The notes under the pieces were generated by a model. It ran no database searches. It was not told the DNA's origin and saw only the letters and a program-made list of their open reading frames with translations. Of a stretch of DNA of 53,556 nucleotides, positions 43,705 through 51,580 are shown in pieces. How positions within the stretch are numbered: the stretch's first letter is position 1; every line of letters begins with the position of its first letter. Source of the DNA: a virus (taxonomy: Duplodnaviria; Caudoviricetes); IMG/VR virus record IMGVR_UViG_3300004184_000007, positions 1-53,556 of that record. One strand, given 5' to 3'. The translations under genes and the position numbers were made by a program.

Positions 43705-44589
43705 TCATCGCGGGCACGACCACGACGTTGTCGTGTCCGCGGCGCAGTTGCAGAAGCTCTGAACCATGGTGGGGCTGGTTCGGTACGTCCCGCACCGCTG
43801 ACACGCCAGCGTGTTGGCGGCATACCGCTGAAGCAGCATCACGTCGGGCGTGCGCGAGGCCACGCACCGGGCGGTGCCCTGCCATGTCCGCTCGCTTGAG
43901 CTGAAGTGGCGATCCTGAAGCGTCAGGCAGTACGCGTTGAGCTCCGCACTGCCCGCGCTGTCCTCGGTCCCGTCGCAGTTGTCGTCGAACCCGTTGCATC
44001 GTTCCGTAGCCCCGGGATGGCGGTCGCGGTCGGTATCGTCGCAGTCCATCCCTCCGCACGCCGGGATCGTCGCCCCGTCCCCATCGGCATCGCAGGCCAC
44101 GCAGGCAGATGCGAAGCACCCACGGCCCGCAGCGCACGCTGCCCCGCAGGCGCCGCAGTTCGCCCCGCTGCTCCGCAGGTTCGTCTCGCAGCCGTTGGCC
44201 GGGTTGCCGTCGCAGTCGGCGAGGCCTTCGGAGCACACGCCGACCCCGCAGCGACCACTGAGGCACGCTGCGCTCATCGCGCCAGCGGGTGTCACGCAGG
44301 CCACGCCGCAGCAGTTCCCGACCGTGGCGGAGGTACATCCAGCCGGAAGAACGTCAGCGGGCACGTCCACTCCCACGTCCCCCGGCCCGGCATCGGGCAG
44401 CGCGGGCCGATCCTCGCCGACGTCCGCCGCGGGCGCGTCCCCGCCACCGGCGTCGATCGCCACGCAGGCCCCGCCGCTGCACACCGTCCCGACGCCGCAC
44501 GCGCTCGAGCAGGGGCCCGAGTCGGGGAGCAGCACAGGGTCAGCGGCGCAAGCGGCGAGGGTGAGGCAGAGCAGGAAGAAGGATCGCAT
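43705..44589 (-). CDS. Cys-rich lipoprotein with myxobacterial-type repeats
   Basis: Signal MRSFFLLCLTLAA-C (lipobox); DCDGNPANGCETNL...NCGACG.AC repeat; DADGDG...DCDD.D...HPGATERCNGFDDNCDG putative metal-binding motif. Confidence 0.85.
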   Translation of the reverse strand: MRSFFLLCLTLAACAADPVLLPDSGPCSSACGVGTVCSGGACVAIDAGGGDAPAADVGEDRPALPDAGPGDVGVDVPADVLPAGCTSATVGNCCGVACVTPAGAMSAACLSGRCGVGVCSEGLADCDGNPANGCETNLRSSGANCGACGAACAAGRGCFASACVACDADGDGATIPACGGMDCDDTDRDRHPGATERCNGFDDNCDGTEDSAGSAELNAYCLTLQDRHFSSSERTWQGTARCVASRTPDVMLLQRYAANTLACQRCGTYRTSPTMVQSFCNCAADTTTSWSCPR

Positions 44590-44644
44590 CCCCGGACGGT
44601 AGCTCAGCCAGGCGCCGAACGAACAACCCACGGAGACCGAGAAC

Positions 44645-44818
44645 ATGAACATCGAAGCCCAGGCCCGATCCGCAGCCGTCGCGACCACCGCGTGCCGCTA
44701 CCTCCGCCCCGTCGTCGAGCGGCGGGTGCTTCGCGCCCTGCGCGCCGCGGTCCGCAACGGCCAATCCGCCGAGCGCATCGCCGCGCTGGCCGCGGCCCTC
44801 ACGGCGCTGAAGGGGTAA
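44645..44818 (+). CDS. Small basic protein (57 aa, MNIEAQARS...)
   Basis: GGAG SD; clean ORF below the track cutoff. Confidence 0.5.
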   Translation: MNIEAQARSAAVATTACRYLRPVVERRVLRALRAAVRNGQSAERIAALAAALTALKG

Positions 44819-44823
44819 GCCCC

Positions 44824-45060
44824 CTACGTCGCGCGGCTGCCCTTCGGGGTGACCCCGGCGCAGATGCGGTCGACTTCCGTGACGACGTCCGCTGGCGCCC
44901 TTGGGGGCGCACCCCGCTTCGCATCGAACGCGGCCACCGCGAGCACCGCCCGGATGCGTGCGGAGACGACATACTTCATGTCGCCCGGCACCTCGATCTT
45001 CTCGCCCACCGATGCCTGTAGGTACGCGGACAGGTAGTGGCTGAACTCTTCTTCGCTCAT
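44824..45060 (-). CDS. Small hypothetical protein (78 aa)
   Basis: GGAGGTG SD and TACCGT -10 upstream. Confidence 0.6.
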   Translation of the reverse strand: MSEEEFSHYLSAYLQASVGEKIEVPGDMKYVVSARIRAVLAVAAFDAKRGAPPRAPADVVTEVDRICAGVTPKGSRAT

Positions 45061-45150
45061 CGGGAATCACCTCCGATCCGACGGTAAAGGCGGCGGACAG
45101 AGCTCCCAAGGCTCCCCGCGCTGCTCTCTAGCCTCCGCAGGAGCTCTCCC

Positions 45151-45339
45151 ATGAACATCCTCTCCACCGCCCCCACGCGCGCCGGCGCCGCCGGGGATGT
45201 CGCCCGCCGCCTCGCCTACTGGATGGGTCCGGCCATCCGCGCGGCGGACAGGGCGGCGGACCTTCGCTGCGCGCTCGGCCGCAGCCGCTCCGTCCACGCT
45301 CCCGTGGTACAGACCCCGCCCTCTGGTACGCTCCCGTGA
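45151..45339 (+). CDS. Small hypothetical protein (62 aa)
   Basis: AGGAG SD before ATG. Confidence 0.4.
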   Translation: MNILSTAPTRAGAAGDVARRLAYWMGPAIRAADRAADLRCALGRSRSVHAPVVQTPPSGTLP

Positions 45340-45352
45340 TCGAGGCCTCCTG

Positions 45353-46159
45353 ATGACCCTGCCCCTCACCAAAGCCGAGCAGCTCTACAACGAGGCGGTC
45401 GCGCGTCTGAACAACGAGTGGGACGTCATCGATCCGTTCACACTTCGCCGGTGGCTTCGGGATGGCCGGGGTCTACTGGACCACGCTGACGACTTTGGGC
45501 GGTGGCAGCTCTGGACGATCATCGGACACTGCGAGTTGCGACTTGCCATGGTGGCCCCGAGCGCGCGCGCCCGGCTGGAAGCCGCTCACGCCGCGTACGA
45601 AGAGGCGCACCGCATCCGGCCGTCGAACCCGCACTCCATCGTCGACGTGGGCCGTGCTCTTGGTCATCTCGGCCGACCCCGGGAGGCGCTCCCCTACTTC
45701 GAGCGGGCCGAGCAGATCTACGCGCCGGACTCGGTGGAGCGGGTCATCGTCCAGGCGAATCTGGCAATGGCCCACTACAGCCTGGAGGATTCACCCCGCG
45801 CCAACGTGTTTCTTCGGCGGGCGATCAAGAGCGTCCGGCCTGACGATGCGCACACGCTCCTGCAGCTCGCTCAGACGGCGGCGCAACTGGGGCACGAGGA
45901 CGACGCGGCGGAGATCTTCGTGCGGTTTCTCGCGGCATCGCAGCGGCGCGAACGAGGCGACGCACCGGCGGCGGACGTGATCCGGCGCACGCCGTCCGAA
46001 GTGATGCTGCGCGCTGTACGGGCGAATGCGCTTCGGGATGCGCTGGTCAACGTGCTCGCACGCGCTGAGGAGCCCATTCCCGACGACATGGCCACGTCCG
46101 CGGAGCGAGTGCTGTCGCCGGAGGGCTGGGCCCGCTTTGAGAGTTTGGTTGAGGCGTGA
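45353..46159 (+). CDS. TPR-repeat protein with DUF1778/TacA-like C-terminal tail; candidate antitoxin
   Basis: TPRs (AHAAYEEAHRIRPSN...VGRALGHLGRPREALPYFERA...NLAMAHYSL...LAQTAAQLGHEDDAAEIF); tail RAEE...RVLSPEGWARFESLVEA; GTGA overlap with the GNAT gene. Confidence 0.8.
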   Translation: MTLPLTKAEQLYNEAVARLNNEWDVIDPFTLRRWLRDGRGLLDHADDFGRWQLWTIIGHCELRLAMVAPSARARLEAAHAAYEEAHRIRPSNPHSIVDVGRALGHLGRPREALPYFERAEQIYAPDSVERVIVQANLAMAHYSLEDSPRANVFLRRAIKSVRPDDAHTLLQLAQTAAQLGHEDDAAEIFVRFLAASQRRERGDAPAADVIRRTPSEVMLRAVRANALRDALVNVLARAEEPIPDDMATSAERVLSPEGWARFESLVEA

Positions 46160-46695
46160 GCGCGGCCATGGAGGTGCGACGGCTGCTCTCGAAGGACATG
46201 ATTAGCGACTTCAGCTGTGGCACGTCGGCGCTGGACGACTACCTCTCGAAGCACGCGCGCGAGAGCGCGGGTCGGCAGTGGAACGCGACGTGGCTCGCGA
46301 TCGACACCGAAGGCGACGACGCGATCGCCGGGTACGTGACGATGGTCCCCGGTTCGGTCCGAAGCGCGCTCCTGAAGCCGCTCATACCCCGGCTCCCGGG
46401 ATATCCCGCGCCGGTGCTGCTGCTCGCGAAGATGGCCACAGACCTCCGGTTCCGGGGTCGGGGCGTGGGGACCCGGCTCCTGCGGGAGGTCTTCCGTGCG
46501 GCCCTCACCCAGGCCGAGCAGGTCGGCTGCGTGGGCGTGTTCACCGACGCCAAGCCCGATGCCGTGGCGTTCTACGACCGGCAAGGGTTCGTGCTGGTCG
46601 AGGCGCCCCAGGCAGAGGTCGGCACGACGGCGATGTTTCTGACGATGCCCGCGGTCCGGGAGCGGCTCGTGGCGCTCGCCGACGCGCCCCAGTAG
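46156..46695 (+). CDS. GNAT acetyltransferase toxin (TacT/AtaT-like)
   Basis: DFSCGTSALDDYL..HA; IAGYVT; PGYPAPVLLLAKMATD..FRGRGVG..LL; GCVGVFTDAK..AVAFY...GF. Confidence 0.9.
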   Translation: MSAAMEVRRLLSKDMISDFSCGTSALDDYLSKHARESAGRQWNATWLAIDTEGDDAIAGYVTMVPGSVRSALLKPLIPRLPGYPAPVLLLAKMATDLRFRGRGVGTRLLREVFRAALTQAEQVGCVGVFTDAKPDAVAFYDRQGFVLVEAPQAEVGTTAMFLTMPAVRERLVALADAPQ

Positions 46696-46792
46696 TCCCC
46701 GCGGCGCTGCCGTTCCGACTGCCCGTCCCTGATCCCTCCGCGGCCCGTCGCCCCACCTGGCGCGCGGGCCGCGCTCGTTCTGGAGCCCCCAT

Positions 46793-47398
46793 ATGACCCA
46801 GTCCCTCCCATCCGGCTCCACCGCGGCCGACCGGATCGCCCGTGAGCTCGCCCGCCTCCGCGGCCCAGAGATCTCCCCCTCCGACGGCACCCTCGTCGCT
46901 GAAGACCTCCGCGCCCAGGGCGGCGCCGCGGCCCTGGCGCGTGCGACGATCCAGCGAGCGATCGCCCAGGCCCACCCGAGCACCGCGACCGACCTGCTGC
47001 CGGAGCTCGAGGCAGAGTACGGCCTGCCGAGCGGGTCCGCGCTCTCGACCTCCGCGCGCCAACTGCGGCTCCTCGCGAAGTACCGGGCGCGGGGCGACGG
47101 CTCGCTGAACGCGCTCGCTGTCACCGTGCGGACGCTCGTGCCGACGGCGACGCTGCTCGCCATCGCCGCAGCCGCCGTGGCGGACACCGCCCCCGACGCG
47201 GTGTTCAACCTGGTAGTGCTGGTCCCGCTCGCCACCATGGACGACGCGAACGTCCTCGCCGAGCTCGACGCGCTCCTCGGCCAGCAGGTCACCAGCTACG
47301 CGAACTGGACCTACGGCCGCGGCGCGGGCCCCGACATCGACCCCTTCCTCTGCGACCGCACCGACTCGCAGTGCGACGTCGACCTCCTCGCCTCGTAG
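46793..47398 (+). CDS. Baseplate protein (Mu gp48 / DUF2313-like)
   Basis: P.TATDLLPELE..YGLP...RQ.RL.AK.RARG. Confidence 0.8.
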   Translation: MTQSLPSGSTAADRIARELARLRGPEISPSDGTLVAEDLRAQGGAAALARATIQRAIAQAHPSTATDLLPELEAEYGLPSGSALSTSARQLRLLAKYRARGDGSLNALAVTVRTLVPTATLLAIAAAAVADTAPDAVFNLVVLVPLATMDDANVLAELDALLGQQVTSYANWTYGRGAGPDIDPFLCDRTDSQCDVDLLAS

Positions 47399-47422
47399 CC
47401 CCCTCCACCGATCGGAGCCCCC

Positions 47423-48283
47423 ATGTCCGGAGCCGCCTTCAGCGCAACCCCGAGGTTGCAGCAGCCGGTCTCGCCTGCGCTTCCGCAGGGTGACCCGAGC
47501 AACCTCGCCCTCGCCCGCGAGCTGCTCGACAACCGTGCGCTCTTCCTCGCGGTGGCGCGCGGGCACTCCCCCGGCGACGTCCGCGTCACCGTGGGCGGAG
47601 ACGCCGCGGCGCCCTCGCTCGCCGTCACCGACGCCGAGCCCGTCCCTGTGCGCGACGAGGACCTCGTGTGGCGCGCGGCCGGCCCCCTCGCAGGGACCGT
47701 GCTCCCGGGCGCGCTCGCCGCCTCCACGATCCACTACCTCTACCTGCGCTCGGCGACGGACGGGACGATCAGCTACGTCGTCTCGACGACGGCGCCGACG
47801 ACGGGCAGCTACCGGGCCACCGGGGACGAGCTGCAGCGCCACGTCGCGACCTTCGCCACGGGCCTCCTCGGCTTCCCCCTTCCGGCCGTGGTGGGCACGC
47901 GGAGCGGGAAGTACATCGCGAGCGGCAACCGCAACGAGCTCTACGTGCTCAACAACGCACAGGCTACGAGCTGGGCCCCGGTCGACCTCTCGGCCCTGGT
48001 CCCGCCTTCGGCCACCACGGCGTGGGTCATGGTCCGGGCCTACCGGGCCGCGGCGGATGCGGGCGTTCGGGAGGTGCAGCTACGCCGGGCCACGGCGGAT
48101 GCGGGCTCGTTCATCGCCGCTGCGGCGCACCCATCGAGCGCGGGCGGCATCGACATCGACACCTACGACGAGAAGCTCGTGGCCATCCCGCTCACGGCAC
48201 AGGCCTTCGAGTACCAGCTCAACGCGGCCGTCACCGTGGGCGCGCCCTACGGCGCTCGCTTCATCGTCGTGGGGTGGGAGTAG
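47423..48283 (+). CDS. Tail fibre / baseplate-distal structural protein
   Basis: After gp48; LAAST.HYLY, W..VDLS.LVP..AT motifs of tail-fibre proteins. Confidence 0.65.
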   Translation: MSGAAFSATPRLQQPVSPALPQGDPSNLALARELLDNRALFLAVARGHSPGDVRVTVGGDAAAPSLAVTDAEPVPVRDEDLVWRAAGPLAGTVLPGALAASTIHYLYLRSATDGTISYVVSTTAPTTGSYRATGDELQRHVATFATGLLGFPLPAVVGTRSGKYIASGNRNELYVLNNAQATSWAPVDLSALVPPSATTAWVMVRAYRAAADAGVREVQLRRATADAGSFIAAAAHPSSAGGIDIDTYDEKLVAIPLTAQAFEYQLNAAVTVGAPYGARFIVVGWE

Positions 48284-48286
48284 GCC

Positions 48287-49204
48287 ATGCAGCGCGCAGG
48301 AACCTTCGCCCGCGGGAGCCACATCCCGGGAGCCACGCTCAACCGCATCCAGGACGAGGCGGCGGGGCTCAAGACCGCCACCGGCACGGTCACGGGCACC
48401 GTCGCCCTCGCCGGTCGCGACGGCCGCTACTGGTCGTCTCCCGACGCGGGGGTGGCGGACGGCGCCATCGCCGTGATCGATGCCTCACGCGACTGGAAGA
48501 GCCACCGGGTGCGGGGCACCTTCGTCCGCCTGACTGCAGCCGACCAGCGCCTGCATGGCGCCGCTGCCTGGAAGCGAAACGACCCCACGCAGGCGATCGC
48601 GGTCCGCTCCTTCGACGACGGCTGGACCGGCGTGAACACCGTCGCGATCGCCGCGGCTCCCGTGATCGGTGCGGGGGTCTTCGCGATCATCCTCGACGAG
48701 CTCGGCGATGGTGTCGACCGCGTCTTCCTCTACGCCCGCGAGTCGGACGGCGCGCTCTGTCTCTTCAACGACACCGGCTCCGCGCTGCACGCGGAACTCG
48801 ACTACGAGGCCTCGGGCGCGAGCACGTCGACCGCGACGGCGCCCACCGTCCCCGGGTTCCTCTTCGGCGACCTCGACACCACCGACGCCACCTGGACGAC
48901 GGTGCCCGGGTGCAACGCGACCCTCGCGCAGTCCTCGACGGTGACCTTCCAGGGGATGGTCTCGGCCATCCGCGACGACGGCACCGAGGGCGGGAGCTGG
49001 ACCTTCACGGCGCGCGCTCGCCGTCCCGCGAGCGGCGTCCCGGTGATGGGCACGGTGCTCTTCGGGCTCGTCGATGCCGACGACGCGACCTGGGACGTGC
49101 GGGTGCAGGTGAGCGGCTCGGACGTGGTGGTGCAGGTGATGGGCGCGGCCGCGAAGAACGTGACCTGGCGCGCTGAGATCCAGACGACGGAGGCGGTGAT
49201 CTGA
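48287..49204 (+). CDS. Tail fibre / receptor-binding-like protein
   Basis: LNRIQD N-terminal fibre motif; beta-rich C-terminus (VQVMG.AA.NV.W). Confidence 0.6.
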   Translation: MQRAGTFARGSHIPGATLNRIQDEAAGLKTATGTVTGTVALAGRDGRYWSSPDAGVADGAIAVIDASRDWKSHRVRGTFVRLTAADQRLHGAAAWKRNDPTQAIAVRSFDDGWTGVNTVAIAAAPVIGAGVFAIILDELGDGVDRVFLYARESDGALCLFNDTGSALHAELDYEASGASTSTATAPTVPGFLFGDLDTTDATWTTVPGCNATLAQSSTVTFQGMVSAIRDDGTEGGSWTFTARARRPASGVPVMGTVLFGLVDADDATWDVRVQVSGSDVVVQVMGAAAKNVTWRAEIQTTEAVI

Positions 49205-49626
49205 TGGCCAACCGATACGCAGCAACCAGCGCCACCCCCAACACCGACGTCGACAGCCTCGGCGGGGGCGCGACCCCCGACACGATCACCCCAACGCTCA
49301 CGCCCGGGGGCTGGACCTCGGGGCAAAACACGGTGCTCGTCACGGTGACAGACTCCCTCGGGGCTCCGCGGATCGGGACGCCCGTGCGCCTGACGCACAC
49401 GTCCACGGGCGGAGCGTACAGCGCGCCCACGCTCAACCTGGGCGTGCAGCTCGCGGCGCAGCAGAACGCGGCGAACGACGGCGGTCACCTGCTCGCGGTG
49501 ACCGACTACCTCGGGCGGGTGCAGGCGCTGTGGAATTCCCCCACGGGCACCACCACCACCGTCACCGCGGTGGTGCTCTCCGAGGCCCCCGCCTCGCTCA
49601 CCCTCACCCCCTTCGTGTCGCCGTGA
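49204..49626 (+). CDS. Thr-rich Ig-like structural protein
   Basis: VTVTD..G.P..G..V...TD..GRV pattern, Big-1-like. Confidence 0.55.
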   Translation: MANRYAATSATPNTDVDSLGGGATPDTITPTLTPGGWTSGQNTVLVTVTDSLGAPRIGTPVRLTHTSTGGAYSAPTLNLGVQLAAQQNAANDGGHLLAVTDYLGRVQALWNSPTGTTTTVTAVVLSEAPASLTLTPFVSP

Positions 49627-49886
49627 CCCCCCAGCTCGTCCAGATCGCCATCGGGCTCATCGGCGCGCTCCTCGGGATCGCGGTCACCTGGGGCTCGCAG
49701 CGCCGCACCGTCGACCAGCTCACCGAGGCCGTGAAGGAGCTCACGAAGAAGATCGAGCTCATCGCGGCGCTGGAAAAGGCCGACGCGCTCCACGCCCAGG
49801 AGGCTGTGCACCAGCGCGAGGCCTACGCGCGCCTGGAGTCCCGCGTCGACCGCCTCGAAGAGCGCGTCTCGTCGCTGCCCCGCTGA
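49623..49886 (+). CDS. Single-TM coiled-coil protein (holin/antiholin-like)
   Basis: IAIGLIGALLGIAVTW TM segment, then RLESRVDRLE coiled coil. Confidence 0.55.
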   Translation: MTPQLVQIAIGLIGALLGIAVTWGSQRRTVDQLTEAVKELTKKIELIAALEKADALHAQEAVHQREAYARLESRVDRLEERVSSLPR

Positions 49887-49933
49887 CCCCTGCGGGGGTC
49901 TGCCGCCTTTCTGCCACCCGAAGGAGCCCTTCC

Positions 49934-50431
49934 ATGTTCTCGACCATCCTCCACGCCCTCACCGCCTTCGTCGCCGCACACCCCGGCGGCGCCGCGTGGC
50001 TCGCGGCCACCCTGCTGGCGATCTACCGCACACGCACCCCGGCGCAGTGGGTCGCTCTCGGCGAGTCCAAGGCGCGCCTCCAGGGCCTCTTCAAGATGGC
50101 GCGCGGCGCGGGCTTCGACCCGACCCGCGTGCTCGACGGCGCCGTGCAGACCATCACCGGCCATCGCATCCCCGACCCGCGGGAGCTGGTGATCGCCTCG
50201 CAGGCCGCCGAGCTCGCGCAGCTCCGCGCCGAGCTCGCGGCCTACCAGCGCCGCGTCGGCGAGTCGCACGCGGTGACGCAGCCGATGGGTGATCCGACCG
50301 CACAGGCCAGCGGTTCGCGCGCGGGCAGTCCGCCCAGCTTCGACCCGCAGCAGCGCCAGACGATCGCCCCCGAGGTCGCCGCGCAGCTCGCTGACGAGGT
50401 GGTCCCCCGCGACCCATCCGCCACCCGCTGA
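49934..50431 (+). CDS. Membrane protein, holin candidate
   Basis: AAGGAG SD; hydrophobic N-terminus. Confidence 0.5.
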   Translation: MFSTILHALTAFVAAHPGGAAWLAATLLAIYRTRTPAQWVALGESKARLQGLFKMARGAGFDPTRVLDGAVQTITGHRIPDPRELVIASQAAELAQLRAELAAYQRRVGESHAVTQPMGDPTAQASGSRAGSPPSFDPQQRQTIAPEVAAQLADEVVPRDPSATR

Positions 50432-50472
50432 CCTCTCCCGCTCTTACTCACCCACGTAAGGAATCCACGCCC

Positions 50473-51063
50473 ATGAAGAAGCTCATCCTCCTCGCCTTCC
50501 TCGCCGTCGCCTCCCTCGCGAGCTGCACCCCGCCGCCCCCGCCCGCCGACGGCGGCGTCCCGGTGGTCACCCCCTCGGACTGGACGCGCACCGCGCACCT
50601 GTCCGTCACCGTCGGCCGCGGCCTCATCGTCGTGGCGCGGCCCATCGTCGAGGCCCTCGCCGTCGACCCGGGGCGCACCCGCGCCCGCCGCGCCTTCGAC
50701 GCCGCCGACCAGGCGCTCCTCGGGCTCGACCACGCGCTCTCGGCCTACGAGGCCCGCGGCGGCGACCGCTGCGCGGCCTACGCGGCGACGGGCGGGGCGA
50801 TCGTCGCGCTGCACGAGCTCGCGCAGGTGCTGGCCGACAACGGCATCGCGCTGGGGGTGCCCCTCGGTCGCGTGGTCGACCTCGTTGCGTCGGTGGCGGA
50901 CACGCTGGTCCCTGCCTGTCAGGTGGATGCTGGCTTCGCGTCGGCGGGCGGCCGGGTCAACGGGCAGCTGCGGGCCATCGAGGATGCCGCTCGGCTGCGG
51001 GGCGTGATCCTGCGGCGGGACCTCGACGGGATCGCGCCGGCGCTCGACGGGGGTGTGCGGTGA
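50473..51063 (+). CDS. Lipoprotein (possible spanin-type lysis component)
   Basis: MKKLILLAFLAVASLAS-C lipobox; helical body. Confidence 0.7.
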   Translation: MKKLILLAFLAVASLASCTPPPPPADGGVPVVTPSDWTRTAHLSVTVGRGLIVVARPIVEALAVDPGRTRARRAFDAADQALLGLDHALSAYEARGGDRCAAYAATGGAIVALHELAQVLADNGIALGVPLGRVVDLVASVADTLVPACQVDAGFASAGGRVNGQLRAIEDAARLRGVILRRDLDGIAPALDGGVR

Positions 51064-51260
51064 AGGAGCATATCCTCCAGTTCTTCGCGTGGTCGCACCT
51101 CCCGGAGCGCCTGCAGGCCGTGTCGCGTCCGTTCGGTGAGTTGGCCGATACCATCGTCGCGACGCTGCCGCGGAACCCCGAGCGAACCGTCGCGCTCCGC
51201 AAGCTCCTCGAAGCGAAGGACGCTGCTGTGCGCGCCGCGCTCGCGAAGGAGGATGCCTGA
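51060..51260 (+). CDS. Small helical-hairpin protein, Acb2/Tad1-like candidate nucleotide sponge
   Basis: FFAWSHLP..LQ.VS.PF.ELA..I...LP.NPERTVALRKLLEAKD.AVRA; resembles the RE.s.A.tkLe.a hairpin of Acb2/Tad1-type proteins. Confidence 0.6.
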   Translation: MKEHILQFFAWSHLPERLQAVSRPFGELADTIVATLPRNPERTVALRKLLEAKDAAVRAALAKEDA

Positions 51261-51580
51261 TGGTCGCCATCGACCTGCGCCGCACCTGCCCCGTCACCGT
51301 CGTCGAGGACATCGACGCGCCCGGCACCGCGCCGGGCTCCATCGAAGTCCGTGGCGCGGGCACCGAATATGGCGGCTACGGCTACGCCTGCCCGGGCTGC
51401 GGCTCGCTCTCCTTCCTCGCGATCGGCTCGGAGAACCCGTCGCCGCGCTGGCGCGTCACCGCTGGCGACGTCGCGAAGCCCGAGACCGTCTCCCTCTCGC
51501 CGTCGATCCTGCACAGCGTCGAGCGCGGCGGCTGCGGCTGGCATGGCTACCTCACCAACGGAGTCCTCGCCCCATGCTGA
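51260..51580 (+). CDS. DUF6527-like Zn-binding protein
   Basis: CPGCG...W...SLSPSIL....GCGWHGYLTNG. Confidence 0.7.
   Translation: MVAIDLRRTCPVTVVEDIDAPGTAPGSIEVRGAGTEYGGYGYACPGCGSLSFLAIGSENPSPRWRVTAGDVAKPETVSLSPSILHSVERGGCGWHGYLTNGVLAPC

Noticed and set aside
47423-49626. Diversity-generating retroelement or invertible tail-fibre cassette
   Set aside because: No reverse transcriptase, invertase, or TR/VR repeat pair seen.
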